The notes below the pieces were generated by a model. That model ran no database searches, was not told the DNA's origin, and saw nothing but the letters and a program-made list of their open reading frames with translations. The translations under genes were made by a program, and so were the position numbers. A DNA stretch of 39,342 nt from Octopus bimaculoides (Eukaryota), in assembly GCF_001194135.2 (NCBI RefSeq), contig NC_068981.1:23091513-23130854 (forward strand). Reading direction: 5' to 3'. Shown piece after piece: positions 24,083 through 37,131 of the stretch; positions within the stretch are counted from its first letter, which is position 1; each line of letters begins with the position of its first letter.

Positions 24083-25670
24083 ATAATAATATTAGGGATA
24101 AAATCCAAAATTACAGGTAAAAACTCAATTAAAATCAATTCATTAAAAATTAAAATTAAATTAAGTTTCACAAGAACCAAGGTTTATGAATTCATCGATG
24201 AAAATCCACTGTCACATAGAAAAAATTTATAATTAAAAGTACAATAAATAAGTATAATATAATGCAAAGTAAATATCATAAGATCAAGATAATAAGATAN
24301 NNNNNNNNNNNNNNNNNNNNNNNNNNNNNNNNNNNNNNNNNNNNNNNNNNNNNNNNNNNNNNNNNNNNNNNNNNNNNNNNNNNNNNNNNNNNNNNNNNNN
24401 NNNNNNNNNNNNNNNNNNNNNNNNNNNNNNNNNNNNNNNNNNNNNNNNNNNNNNNNNNNNNNNNNNNNNNNNNNNATATATATATATATAGGTCTAAATT
24501 GCTGTGCAGTGAGATTGAACTTGAAACCATGTGGTTTTCAAGTGAATTCCCTAATCACACAGCCATTCCTGATGATCCCAGAAATAATCACTGTTGTCAC
24601 AAGTCTTTGTAGTTTGGAAACAGATTAGCTTTATGTGATGTATGATTTCATTCAGAAACATTAAGCTTTAGATTTATGTTAGACCTAACATTCCTCCTAT
24701 ACATGTAGGAATGAATAGGCCACACCTTGAGGAAACAAACACCCTTTATTACACATCAGACTCTGATTTAGAACTCACAAGGAAAGCAAAAGACAGGACG
24801 CCATAAAAATAGCTGGAGGCAGGATAGTAAGGCAGGTTAACCTTGCTTTTTATCTTGAACCCTTTTTAACTTTAGTTCCTCTTGTACTGCTCAGTTTATT
24901 GGTCAACAAGCTTCCTCAACTGGATTTGACTGGCTGCTACTCTTGCACATCTATTGCACATAATATTTACTATCTTCATGTAATTTTGAAATGTCTATCA
25001 CCAAATAATCTTCAGCTTGCCCATTTTATGCCTGCCATTAGATAGTACCCAAGCCATGGTTATTTACGAGAGCCATTGATTGGCTAGATGGAGAACGTGG
25101 TCAGCCAGCCAGAATTGGTACTCTGCTACAATCTCTCACAATGATCATCTTAAAGTTGATAAATAAATTAACCAGTCCAGAAAGGTAGATTAGCAGAATT
25201 ATTAGCATAGTGTCAGACAAGACCCCCTTCCATCATCTGCTCTAGTTCATTGTATTCTGAGTTCAAACTGAACCTGGGTACCAATGGCCAGAATTAATGA
25301 CACAAACATGGGAGCACGCAGTCTGATCCATGAATGGCCAACATGAGAAAACCAGCAATGAGACGCAGAAGCTTTCATTCAACAATGGTCCAACAAGTGC
25401 CAAATGGTAGATGATATATAAATTGTAATAAATTGTAACAGTCATGTAGAAGACAAATGGTCTCAAGCATTTCTCTATTGAAATCTTTGAGATTAGTAAG
25501 TAGGAATTGGTTACAGACTAGATGCAGTTTGCAGTGAACTTACTGCAATACCACAACTTCTATTATACATGTATGCATGCACACACGTGTGCACACTTGT
25601 GCGTGCATGCACACACACACATTTAGCAGTGAAAGTAGTGTTTGTATATGGTATAGAAAATTTAATTTAC

Positions 25671-25735
25671 CTGTCCTGAAGCAATTTCATAGATCTTCAC
25701 AGTGTGATCGTCACAGGCTATGGCAACTACAGAAC
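25671..25735 (-). CDS. SPAG16: SPAG16-like exon (65 bp, phase 1-0)
   Basis: tttttcag|(S)SVVAIACDDHTVKIYEIASGQ|gtaaat. Confidence 0.9.
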
Positions 25736-25874
25736 CTGAAAAAACAGAAAGAAAATATTTGGAGAAAAGAATGTAATAGCTGATATATATGATACAAAAG
25801 CTGTAAAAAATAAATACCGAGTTTGACACATTTTCTGAGGTCACTAAAATAAGTACAAGGCAATTTCTGGGATT

Positions 25875-26668
25875 CATCATCATCATCATCATCGTTTAAC
25901 GTCCGCTTTCCATGCTAGCATGGGTTGGACGATTTGACTGAGGACTGGCGAAACCGAATGGCAACACCAGGCTCCAATCTAATTTGGCAGAGGTTCTACA
26001 GCTGGATGCCCTTTCTAATGCCAACCACTCAGAGAGTGTAGTGGGTACTTTTACGTGTCACCCGCACGAAGGCCAGTCAGGCGGTACTGGCAACGGCCAC
26101 ACTAAAAAATGGTGTCTTTTATGTGCCACCCGCACAAGAGCCAGTCCAGGGGCACTGGCAACAATCTCGCTCAAAAATCCTACGAAGGTCAGTCAGGCGG
26201 TACTGGCAACGGTCACGCTCAAAATGGTGCATCTTATGTGCCACCTGCACAAGAGCCAGTCCAGGGGCGCTGGCAACGATCTCACTTGGCTTGCCGGGTC
26301 TTCTCACGCACAGCACATTTCCAAAGGTCTCGGTCAGTAGTCATCGCCTCGGTGAGGCCCAATGTTCGAAGGTCTTGCCTCACCACCTCAGCCCAGGTCT
26401 TTCCTGGGCCTACCTCTTCCACGTGTTCCCTCAACTGTTAGGGTTTGGCACTTTTTCACGCAGCTATCCTCATCCATTCTCACCACATATCCATACCAGC
26501 GCAATCGTCTCTCTTGCACACTACAACTGATGCTTCTTATGTTCAGCTTTCCTCTCAAGATACTTACACTCTGATGGGTATGCACACTGACATTACACAT
26601 CCAACGGAGCATACTGGCTTCATTCCTTGTGAGCTTATGCATGTCCTCAGCAGTTACAGCCCATGTTA
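25875..26668 (-). mobile_element. 5'-truncated RTE-clade LINE (RT C-terminus, 3' UTR with tandem units, (ATG)n tail)
   Basis: ORF 26388-26642 MLRWMCNVSV...VQERRLRWYGYVVRMDEDSCVKKC...EGTRGRGRPRK is a classic RTE C-terminus, followed by the family 3' UTR and tail. Confidence 0.9.
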
Positions 26669-26983
26669 GCAGTTACAGCCCATGGGATTGATTATATTTA
26701 TTATTCACTTCATCAAATTTAAGACCAATTGTCAATGTGAAAAAAAATCAAAATATACAATAAACAACTGTGATTTAATTACGAGGTAGGTTTTGAGTTT
26801 TATCCTTTAAGGGGTTGTTAAATATTGATCACCCAACAAAGGGGGCACCCCATGCAACCTACAAATGGCCATTATGGACTGGTAGGCCTACAACCGGCCT
26901 ATAAAAGCCAGCAATGACTTGCTGAGGTTTTCAGTTAGCAATGGTCTAACAAGAGTGAAATGGAAATGGAAATATAAATATTT

Positions 26984-27139
26984 GTAGTTGTATGCTGTCA
27001 ACTTAATGTGACAATCCCCTGAAGAGAATAATACTACTGTTGGTTAGACCTCGGAAGTGGTGCAGCTTCCTAGGTCTAGCCAACAGTAGTATTATTCCCT
27101 TCAGGGGACTGTCACATTAAGTTGACAGTATACAACTAC
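26984..27139. repeat. Near-perfect 156-bp palindrome (74-bp arms, 5 mismatches, 8-nt loop); probably a foldback MITE
   Basis: Arms 26984-27057 and 27066-27139, aligned by hand. Confidence 0.92.
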
Positions 27140-27628
27140 TTCATCGTATCACTACTGCATAAATCTCTCTGAGAGATTTAGAAATGTATTATTTATAAAT
27201 ATTTGTGCTTTAAAATTTAGAGAAAAGTTGCAAAATATCTAAATCATCTAAGCAGGTTTAAAAGAAATGAGGAAAAAATTCATTGAAAAGGAAAAAATGC
27301 TGAATTACAACTCAAGAATATTTCTGAACATACAGAAATAGTATACTTGAAGACAATTGCAGATTGCATAAGCAAGAATAGAGAATTAATATAAGAACAC
27401 AAAAGTTGATTCTATTTCATCATGCTGGATATTTTTTTAAAATAGCATTGCTGGATATCTGGACTATTTTGAGATAGTTTTCACATATTATTTGTATTAA
27501 TTGTATTACTGATCAGCTGAGGATTAAACCAAAATATATGCGTACTGGTAAATGAAGCACCAACAAGAATGAATAAATGAATAAATAAGTAAATAAATAA
27601 ATAAATAAATACCAACCTGTGTATATAA

Positions 27629-27663
<35 letters not shown>

Positions 27664-27858
27664 TACATGTGTGTGTGAATGCAAACTGTTGAACTTGAAA
27701 GGCAGTAGGTATTGTGCCTATTTCTAAACAGTAATCTCTTTACAATTATACACCATTGACAAGGCATTGAATTAGCATTTTTGCAACGAATTAGTAATAT
27801 TTTTACAAATTCCTATCCGGATAGCATATCCTTGATTACATGGGCACACATGCACACA

Positions 27859-27891
<33 letters not shown>

Positions 27892-28842
27892 GCAAACACA
27901 CACTCACACACAAACATGCATCATCATCATTTGATGTCTCTCTTCCATGATAGCATGTGTTGGACCATTCAACAGGATCTAATGAGTTGGAGAACTGCAT
28001 TGTGCTCCAATGCTTGCTTTGCCATGCTTTCCATGGTTGGATATCTTTCCTAATGCCAACCATTTTTACAGAGTTAATTGGTACTTCTTTGTGGTATCAG
28101 TGCATATTGAACAGCAGCTGTTCAATGAGTCAGCCATGCTTGGATAATGAATGAGTGCCTGGAGAACAGAACAGTTTCATTGTTCTGCAAGCATCTCAGA
28201 CAAGCTTGCCATACAGTACATTCTAGAAAGTCCTTTGGAACAGACTAGACTTTTCGTTTTTGTTATATAGTATCCCCACCATCCAAGATCTTGCTGAATA
28301 CCAAGGACAAGTAATGGAAGAGTACCCTTGACTGAGTAAGAGTACAGAAGAGAGAGGAGAAGGTGCTTACATCAAGTGTTGAGAGGTTAAAGTATGAAAG
28401 AAGGGACAAGAACAGATTTGTTGCCAAAGAGGAGGTACATGGCTACTTCACATTATATAAGGGTGGATAGGTGGAAGAAATGGGTGAGGCTGGAAAGAGA
28501 GATAGATATGGAGGGGATGTAGTGTGAGGGTGCAAAGTCAAAGGACAAAAATGTGAACAGAAGAAAAGGTGGAGACAGATCAGGAAGGGTGGGTGGGTAG
28601 AGATTACAAGAGTGTGTGGGTAGAGTGAAAGGTGGTTAGAGATGGGGGTATACAGTAGGGGGTGAATGTAGTTAATGGTAAACAAGAGTGGAGTGTTGGT
28701 TGATGGTAAATATGAGTTGGAAGCAAAGGTGAAGGGCAGCAGCAGCAGCAGCAGCAGCAGCAGAATGACAACAACAATAATGATTTCTTTTACTTGCCAC
28801 CTGGGCAATGGATGGGGTGGGGGAAATACAAAGACAGGCATA

Positions 28843-29029
28843 TAAGGGGGTGCTGAAAAGCTCCTGGTTGGAGGCCCAACCTTCCAGGTTCTTTTACAAG
28901 GCTTAGAAAAACTGAAGGACTACTGTGTGGGAATTTGAGAAAGAAATACATTGAATAAAATCAAAATTTACTGATCCTCCTGTATTTTCTTTTATTCAAA
29001 GCCAAGGGACTTTTCAGCACCCCTTCATA
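28843..29029. mobile_element. Mariner-type MITE
   Basis: agggggtgctgaaaagctcctgg ... ccaagggacttttcagcaccccttc; TA-flanked inverted ends. Confidence 0.75.
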
Positions 29030-30061
29030 ATGTGTGCTGATTTACACAAAAGGAAATATCTTTAGTATGCAAACTAGACATATCAGACCCAAATATTCTA
29101 ACTGATCAGATCAGGCCTCTCATACCTACCTTAACCATTTCATTGCTGTATTTATTTTGAGATGCTCTGTGTTTCTTTCAATTACTTTAAATATAACAAA
29201 GAATTTAGTAAAATAACTTTGTTATCATTAAGCTAATGTTAGGAACATAATTTGTGACTAAGGTTTGATGGAAGATTTTAATTCAAAACTTATGAAAACA
29301 AGACATTTGTACTCAGAGCCAGAGGAATGCAAGTGACAACCTCTGGGGCAATCAGTATCTGGAATTCCATAAGAATCCCAGTCCTCTTGAGTTGGAGGTG
29401 GATTTCCCCCCCACATTCCCTCCATGTTTCCCCAGCATGGCTAAAACTCTTGCTGGGTCTCAATGTGCTAGCACATTCTTGACTTGAATTTGAGTCAACC
29501 TCCTGCTTTTATGAAAGGGTATCACTATAAAAGTTTGAGAGGTGCATTGCATTGTCATTCTTCAAGCTTCTTGTTTGCAGATGCATATGGCAGATACAGT
29601 CCCATACTGTTTGCCTTTATAGATATGTAAAACTGAGGGACTCACACCTTTGCGGTATCTTTCAGTTACTGCAGACATATGAAATTTAAGTCTCTTGTTG
29701 CTGATATCATGAAGAAAAGGGCCCAGTACACTCTGTAAAGTTGTTGATATTAGGAAGGGCATGCAGCTTTAGAAACCATGCCAAAGTAGACATCGAAATG
29801 CAATCCTCTGACTTGTCAGATCCTGTCAAACCATTTAACTTAAGCATGGAAGATGGATATCAAATAATGATAGAGATGATGATGATGATGATGAAGTGAG
29901 TGTCCAGCACAGATTTTCCTTTCTTGTTATGTAATTCTTACATTTGTACAAACGTTTCATGTAATTTTAAGCACGTTTGTCTATGAACATATGACTCGAA
30001 AAAATATCAACCAGCATTGACCATTATGACCATTATGATCATTATTAAGGTCACAACTTAC

Positions 30062-30188
30062 TTGTGTAGTCAAAGGCAAGTTTATTTGCTGAAAAGTTCC
30101 CAGCTTCAAATGTGATCATCGGTGCCACAGTTCTTGTGTCCCAGAGTTTAACAATTCCTTGTGTATCACAAGAGGCAACAGTATCGCC
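30062..30188 (-). CDS. SPAG16: SPAG16-like exon (127 bp, phase 0-1)
   Basis: aaattctag|GDTVASCDTQGIVKLWDTRTVAPMITFEAGNFSANKLAFDYT(S)|gtaagt. Confidence 0.93.
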
Positions 30189-30252
30189 CTAGAATTTAAT
30201 GATAAAGCAAAGAGTGAAATTAAAATGTCATAGCATTTCACTTGGGCCAACT

Positions 30253-30271
30253 AACAATAATAATAATAATG

Positions 30272-30366
<95 letters not shown>
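30253..30366. repeat. (AAT)n microsatellite
   Basis: Seen directly; a second AAT tract follows at ~30655-30676. Confidence 0.98.
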
Positions 30367-30367
<1 letters not shown>

Positions 30368-30653
30368 GAGTTAACTCGAATGTGGAATCTAAAAACAGAA
30401 ACAATTCCTATCATAGTAGGTGCCTTAGGTATAATAAAAAAATATTCAGACAAGTACATAACAAAAACACCAGCACTTACAAGTATATATAACATACAGA
30501 AAATTGCACTACTGGGCACTGCACACATCCTACGCAAAACACTTTCAATACAGTAACCATAAGAGCATCACAGCAAACCACAGCACATACCCAAGGCACA
30601 CAGAGCTGCGCTCAGTCGTGAAGTGAAAGCACGTTATGAAAATAAAACTACTG
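30367..30653 (+). mobile_element. 5'-truncated R4/Dong-like non-LTR retrotransposon 3' end embedded in (TAA)n
   Basis: ELTRMWNLKTETIPIIVGALGIIKK...IQKIALLGTAHILRKTLSIQ* resembles the RLE-clade C-terminus; AAT tracts on both sides. Confidence 0.8.
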
Positions 30654-30679
30654 AACAATAATAATAATAATAATAAAGA

Positions 30680-31135
30680 TTTCTTAATTAACCACAAAGG
30701 GTTTACATTAAAAAACGTTATGGACAGCACAAATACGATGTGGGATTACATGGAAGTCATGTAAACAAAAGAAAAAAAAACAATGAAATATAACAACAAA
30801 ATTCTCTAAAAGAGGGAGACCTCTTCTGGAGAAACCCCAGAAGTCCACAACAGTCCTGACCACCAGGGTAAGTACCCTCTCCACTTTGTCTACAGGCACA
30901 TGCCCAGAGTAGGTTCATCCACTGAAGCCATTCTTGTGACATTCACCCACCTTTTGCAGGAGGGAGGGGAGGCAGAACTTCCCTCTCCACCCTCACTTCC
31001 CTTTTCAAGTGAAACTTGAAAAAGTTGATGGGGGCTTGGTGAAAGAAGAAAGTGTCTCACATAACCTCTTTCGCTAAGGCTACCAGGCAAAGAAAAATAG
31101 CTTGCTCTTCCCAGCACAATGGACTCAACCAATAG
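30680..31135 (-). mobile_element. L1/Tx1-like LINE 3' end
   Basis: Frameshifted FFKFHLKREVRVEREVL...KRWVNVTRMASVDEPTLGMCL*, followed by a U-rich 3' region. Confidence 0.6.
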
Positions 31136-31907
31136 CTGGATCCATTCTACATATGACAGTAGGTGTTCGACATAACCCAGAAGTCAGAAATACATGGACA
31201 CTGGATGAGAGCATGCAGTACCTTTTCATTTAAGGGATTCTGACATTACTTTAAAAATGATGGTACAATTATGTCTAGAATTCTTATGATGATACCAAAT
31301 CCACTCAATCAGGTTTATTTACATAAGCCCTTCACTCACTTTGGAGCATAAGCCATTCATGAATTTTCTCCCCTGTTCTCAACTGTGGGCTGTCTCTGCT
31401 TCTCTCCAGTTGGATCTCTGCTTTTCCAGCTGTGCCTTTATATCCCACCTACAGCTATTTTCAGGGCATCTGCTCTTCCACTTCCATATGTTTAACTGAG
31501 GGAAGGTCATCTTCTCCCAGCTCTTGTTGGTTTTGAATTGTTATCCGAGCTTCCATAATTTTGCTTTCTGCTAGGTAGGAGTGTTGGTTCTATGTAAACC
31601 CATTTTTACCTCTGGGAAGAGAAGGTCTATAAAGTCTACTGCCATCATTGACCCACCACCTTCCCCAAACAGTCACATAAAGTACTTCTGGAAAACTGCA
31701 CACATCTGCTCAGAACCAAGTAGCAAACACCTATCTTGATCTGTAAAAGACTTGATTGTGATTTGTTACCATGTCACATTTCCACCATTTGGTTTACACT
31801 CCAATGGCCTAGCTCTCAGGGTCACAAGCCACTGCATCATAACAAGGCAATCACACTTGAGCTAGATGTAAACAAAATCATTGTGGTTGTTTGAGTATAT
31901 TTCTTAC

Positions 31908-31973
31908 CTTTTGATTAATTACAGCATAGTTCACACCTGCTGTGTGACCATAGAATGTTTGTCCACAGAGACC
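31908..31973 (-). CDS. SPAG16: SPAG16-like exon (66 bp, phase 0-0)
   Basis: atctttcactgtag|GLCGQTFYGHTAGVNYAVINQK|gtaaga. Confidence 0.92.
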
Positions 31974-32152
31974 CTACAGTGAAAGATAAAAACAACACAT
32001 TGTCATATAAAAGACTTAAAATGACTGAAGAGAATTACAAAAACTTTTAATTAATCATATTAATCCTCTGTGATAATATTTTAATGGAATCCTTTCTCAT
32101 ATTTCAATTAATTTTCAAAATAATTTAGAATAGAGAGAGATTTATAAAATCC

Positions 32153-32485
32153 TCATCATCATCATCGTTTAATGTCTGCTTTTCATGCTAGCATGGGTTG
32201 GACGGTTTGACTGAGGACTGGCAAGCCAGGTGGTTGCACCAGGCTCCAATCTGATCTGACAAGGTTTCTACAGCTGGATGCCCTTTCTAACGCCAACCAC
32301 TCTGTGAGTGCAGTGGGTGTTTTTAACGTGCCACCGGAATGGGGGCCAGTCAGGCAGTACCGGCATTGACCATGCTTGAATGGTGCTTTTTATGTGCCAC
32401 CAGTACGGGAGCCAGTCAGGTGGCACTGGCAACGACCATGCTGGAATGGTGGTTTTTACATGCTACTGGCATGGGACCAGTCAGG
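32153..32485 (-). mobile_element. RTE-family 3' end copy
   Basis: Same sequence family as 25875 and 7445. Confidence 0.85.
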
Positions 32486-32799
32486 TGGCACAACTTTATT
32501 AATTGATTCCTTACATAGGTGCAAACAAAGCCTCAAATGTGGTGAGGTTAGCAATTATTGCAGTAGTTTATCAACTCAGAAGGCAAAGTTAACCTTGGCA
32601 GGATTTGAACTCAGAATTTGAAGTTATGCAACTGAATACTACAAGGCATTTGTATGTCACACTACTGATTCTACCAGCCACTATTTACTTTATTAATTAA
32701 GCTGCTGGTCTTGTGTAAAATCACTGTGGTGAGAAATGGGTGAGGTATGAGCTATTGGAATATTCCATGTTAATTTGCATAATAGATGGTGCATTAGTG

Positions 32800-33050
32800 A
32801 ACTGAAAGTGGCTGAGTATCAAAAGACATGAAATGAAAAATGCAAGAGAAATTAAATACACTGGTATGAGCAGTTGATGTGAATGGATACATGGGTGTCA
32901 AAAGAAGGTGTTCCTGGTGGATGAAGGCCAAAGAGGACAAGGAAGGTAGGAGACAAAGTTATGAAATCTGAGGAACTCTTATTAAGGTGATGCAGGACTG
33001 AGATGATTAATGGTAAGTGATATGAAAAAGCTGTACAGATTGGGTGTTGA
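32800..33050 (+). mobile_element. Old RTE RT C-terminal remnant
   Basis: Broken frames resembling RLxWYxxxxRMD...EGxRGxGR; boundaries approximate. Confidence 0.4.
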
Positions 33051-33089
33051 TGTAAGAAGAAAGGTAAGTTAGAATAAAAGTAAGCTTAC

Positions 33090-33216
33090 TGTCCTGGCAT
33101 CCCAAAGTGAGACTGTTTTGTCAGTAGAGCTAGTAAGAAGGATATTTGAGTAGTACACAAATTTAATGCTGTTTACCGAGTCTGTGTGGCCTCTCAGAGT
33201 GTATCTACAGCGCAAA
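33090..33216 (-). CDS. SPAG16: SPAG16-like exon (127 bp, phase 2-0)
   Basis: tttttcatcag|(S)LRCRYTLRGHTDSVNSIKFVYYSNILLTSSTDKTVSLWDART|gtaagc; very close to the remembered vertebrate ERCRCTLYGHTDSVNSIEF...DKTLSIWDART. Confidence 0.95.
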
Positions 33217-33504
33217 CTGATGAAAAACAGACAACAAAAGTTAAGAAAAAATAGACTTAATCAATAGATTATGCATTCTTTAATTAGCAACAAGGCAAAA
33301 AAAAAAAAAAAAAAAAAATAGAAAGTTAAAAAAACAGAAATTTTGCCAGAAAACTAAAAATTCAATTTGAATTTTAAATGAATTGTAAAAAATAGATAAT
33401 TTACAAAATCTATAATAAACCCTTTTGACTTAATTAATTTTGAAAATAATGACAAATTTAGTGAAATAACTTTGTCATTAGTAAAGTAGTATTAGATATA
33501 TACA

Positions 33505-33660
33505 TGACGGGCTTTTTTCAGTTTCTGTCTACGAAACCCACTCACAAGGCTTTGGTCGGCCTGAGGCTACAGTAGAAGACACTTGCCTAAGGTGCCATGC
33601 TGTGGGACTGAACCCAGAACCATGTGGTTGGAAAGCAAGCTTCTTACCGCACAGGCCACC
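33505..33660 (-). mobile_element. tRNA-SINE 5' half
   Basis: High identity to 15795-15955. Confidence 0.85.
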
Positions 33661-34092
33661 TTTCCAAAGTTTTACATCGTGAAACCATAAGGTTGCAAAG
33701 CAAATTTCTAAAGCATACAAATAACGCTAGTCATTTAGCTAATGATGTATTTTCCATTCCACACAAATATTTCTAATTAGGTATTTATTTCTCATTCACC
33801 ACCACCACGACCACCACCATCATCATTTAATGTTTGGTTTCCATGCTGGCATGGGTTGGATGGTTTTGACAGAAGTTATGCAAACCGGAGAGCTGCACCA
33901 GGCTCCAATCGTCTGTTTTTGTATGGTTTCTATAGCTAGATGCCCTTCCTGATTACAGAGTACACTGGGTACTTTTTATGTGGCACCAGAACTAGTGCTT
34001 TTTACATGGCACCAGTGCTTTTTATGTGGTACCAACGCCAGCACAGTCACTAAGCAATATGCTAACACTGGCTTAGCCTTGTTACAGCTTAC

Positions 34093-34177
34093 CTGTTCAA
34101 ATCCCATATTTTCCCAGTATTATCTCTGGAAGATGAAGCTACAAAATCTCCAGTCCAGTGCCAAGAACAACTCCAAA
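34093..34177 (-). CDS. SPAG16: SPAG16-like exon (85 bp, phase 1-2)
   Basis: cttttatgtttcag|(V)WSCSWHWTGDFVASSSRDNTGKIWDLN(S)|gtaagc. Confidence 0.95.
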
Positions 34178-34307
34178 CTGAAACATAAAAGATGTAGAAA
34201 GGATAAAAGATGAAATGAAACTGGTAGGGATTTACAAATGAAGGGATGCTACAAAATATCAAAAGGTATCTTTGACCTACACTCTGTCAGCTCTACATTC
34301 TAATGTG

Positions 34308-34560
34308 CTATGATGACGGTAGTGATAATGATGATGATGATGGTGGTGGTGGTGGTGGTGGTGGTAGTAATAATGATGATGAGGATGATGATGATGACAA
34401 AAACAACGATAACGATGATAAAGATGGTGATGCTAATGGTGGCATAGGGGTGGTGGTGATGGTGGTGGTGGTGGTGATGGTGATGATGGTGATAAAGATG
34501 ATTGCAACAATGATAATGACGTTGATGATGAAGATGATGACTATGATGATGGCGATGGCC
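34308..34560. repeat. (GAT)/(GGT) compound trinucleotide repeat
   Basis: Seen directly; a complementary-type (CAT/CAC/GCC) tract lies at ~35160-35670. Confidence 0.9.
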
Positions 34561-34710
34561 ACAACAGCAACATTTTTCTAATGAACACCTAACTTCATAC
34601 AAAAATAGGAAGTTGTGATGCTCATTCTTAAACAAATGCATTTTATCAGTCGTTCATAAGAAACGGTCATACAAAAATGGAATTGGGACACAGGTAATGG
34701 ACACCAGCCA

Positions 34711-34975
34711 GTGTTGTTGTTGGCACTCCATCGCTTACAACGTCGAGGGTTCCAGTTGATCCGATCAACGGAACAGCCTGCTCGTGAAATGAACGTGCAA
34801 GTGGCTGAGCACTCCACAGTACATGTGTACCCTTTACGTAGTTCTCGGGGATATTCAGCGTGACACAGTATGACAAGGCTGACCCTTTGAATTACAGGCA
34901 CAACAGAAACAGGAAGTAAGAGTGAGAGAAATTTGTGGTGCACCCAAGGACAACTGCTGAAGGTGTCCACACCTT
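34711..34975 (-). mobile_element. SINE with a Nin/Deu-like conserved central domain
   Basis: Minus strand: ...gagtgctcagccacttgcacgttcatttcacgagcaggctgttccgttgatcggatcaactggaaccc; the tttcacgagca motif is shared with Deu/Nin domains as I recall them. Confidence 0.6.
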
Positions 34976-36100
34976 AAGATGGTACAGTCTGTCATGAAGG
35001 GAATCAGTCATAGTATTACCAAACAGGTGGTAGTGACAGGTGGACAGTATTACCACCCACTGTCCACCTGTCACTACTTCTATAAAAAATACAGAGTTAT
35101 TGAGTTAATTGCCATTATACTGCAATAATAGTAATAATCATAGCAAAGTAAATGAGATCTTCAGGTCAGTGCCACTGCTACCGCTGCTGCTGCTGCTGTC
35201 ACCTCTAGTATTATCAAATATGACAACCCCAATTACTACAATTAACATTGCCATAATCACCTTCTTTCCCTGCCTGTATCATCATCAACATGACAACTGC
35301 AATCATCATCATCATCATCATCGCCATCATCATCATCATTATTTAACATCTGTTTTCCCTACTGGCATGGGCTGGAAATCATCATTACTTTTACTACCAT
35401 CAAAATCTTCACCAGCACCCATCACCAAAACCACCACCATCTGCAGCAGCACCACTGCCGCAGCCGCCACCGCTGCTGCCACAGCTGCCACCAGGGCCAC
35501 CACGGCCCCCCACCCCACCCCCACCATCACCATCATCATCATCAGCAGTAGGATCCTCATAATAAATACCAGCAATACCTTTACAGCCACCAACAGTATC
35601 ATTATTAACATCATTCCTTCTGTCGTTGTCATCCTCATTACCACATCTTCGATTTCGATTATTATTATTAGCTTCAACAGCAAAAAATAAAAATAAAAAA
35701 AACAGGAAAAAGTAATACTGTCATTCTCCTAACATCTTTAACCTCATTTTCCTCACCACCAGAAAGATAACTTGCAGACCTGATCATGAAATGTCAAATG
35801 GTCAAGCAATAAATGCTATTTAAATCCATCATAACCTTAGGATGATCTGTCAGCCAGTGGTCACTTAGATGATGCAGTATTCCTTAATTTGAAGCTGGTC
35901 AATAGACAACAATTAGCTATTGGAAAGTCTTGAAATGTCACAGATCAACAAGAGAACATGGTAACTAGATCTGACAGAAGCAGCTGCAAAATCATGTTAA
36001 AAAGAGAATGAACCATCAAGGGAGATGCGGCCTCTGCAATACTCAGTGCAGGCGAACCTGTCTAGGAAAACAGTAACTCTGGAAAAAAAACATTGACACG

Positions 36101-36470
<370 letters not shown>

Positions 36471-37030
36471 ATCCATTAAGTTATCTAGTAATATCTGCTG
36501 GCACCAGTCTTTCTTTATTTGTCTACAATGAAATTACAAAGAAATGTTTATAAATACATATATGCATGTGTTTCTGCATGTGTGTGTGTACATACAAAAA
36601 AAGGGATGCTGTAATAGTATAGCATCTTAGATAAAAGTGAACAGGTTCAGAGCTGTAACCCTAACTGGGTTATGAGCTGATTTGATACATGAAAGGCTAA
36701 GCCACTTGTTCTACATCACTTGACACCTTCTTTGATCTCTTACCAAGTGAGTAGTATCGGTGTTTTAGTTAGAGAGAGATCAAGAGATGCTAAGTGTGTA
36801 ATAATAAACTTGTCCAATAATTACTTCATGCTTAATGAACGATGTCTGCAAAGCTTCTGAAAATAGTAGCACGTTATGTGATCTAGACAGTAGTAGAAGC
36901 AAAGATCATATATGAGTAGAGAGTAGAGTTTTCCTTTTTTTTCTTTAAAAGTTGCCAGTTGAGGTAAAAAGATACCAAAAAGAAAAAGACCCCAGAAAAT
37001 TTTGAGATATTCGGGCTTGCAATGTAATAC

Positions 37031-37131
37031 CTCCGAGTTGATGTTCTTTAAAAGTATGTTGGCATTTGTAGTGTGAAAAGTCCCAGATTTTCACAGTCTT
37101 GTCTCCACCACATGTAGCCAAATTATTTCCA
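37031..37131 (-). CDS. SPAG16: SPAG16-like exon (101 bp, phase 2-1)
   Basis: cttatttatttcag|(D)GNNLATCGGDKTVKIWDFSHYKCQHTFKEHQLG(V)|gtatta. Confidence 0.93.

Noticed and set aside
26645-26690. 17-19-bp direct duplication at the RTE 5' junction, considered as a TSD
   Set aside because: The duplicated sequence is element-internal (codes WAVTAED) and absent at the 3' end; more likely slippage at truncation.
29562-29762. 66-aa minus-strand ORF in a SPAG16 intron
   Set aside because: The start lies in a repeat copy, there is no WD40 similarity, and the flanking exons already join in frame without it.
30242-30556. Poly-Ile/poly-Asn membrane-like protein ORFs
   Set aside because: An (AAT)n tract fused to a retrotransposon C-terminus.
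34300-35690. Low-complexity ORFs up to 193 aa
   Set aside because: Trinucleotide repeat tracts and SINE sequence inside an intron.
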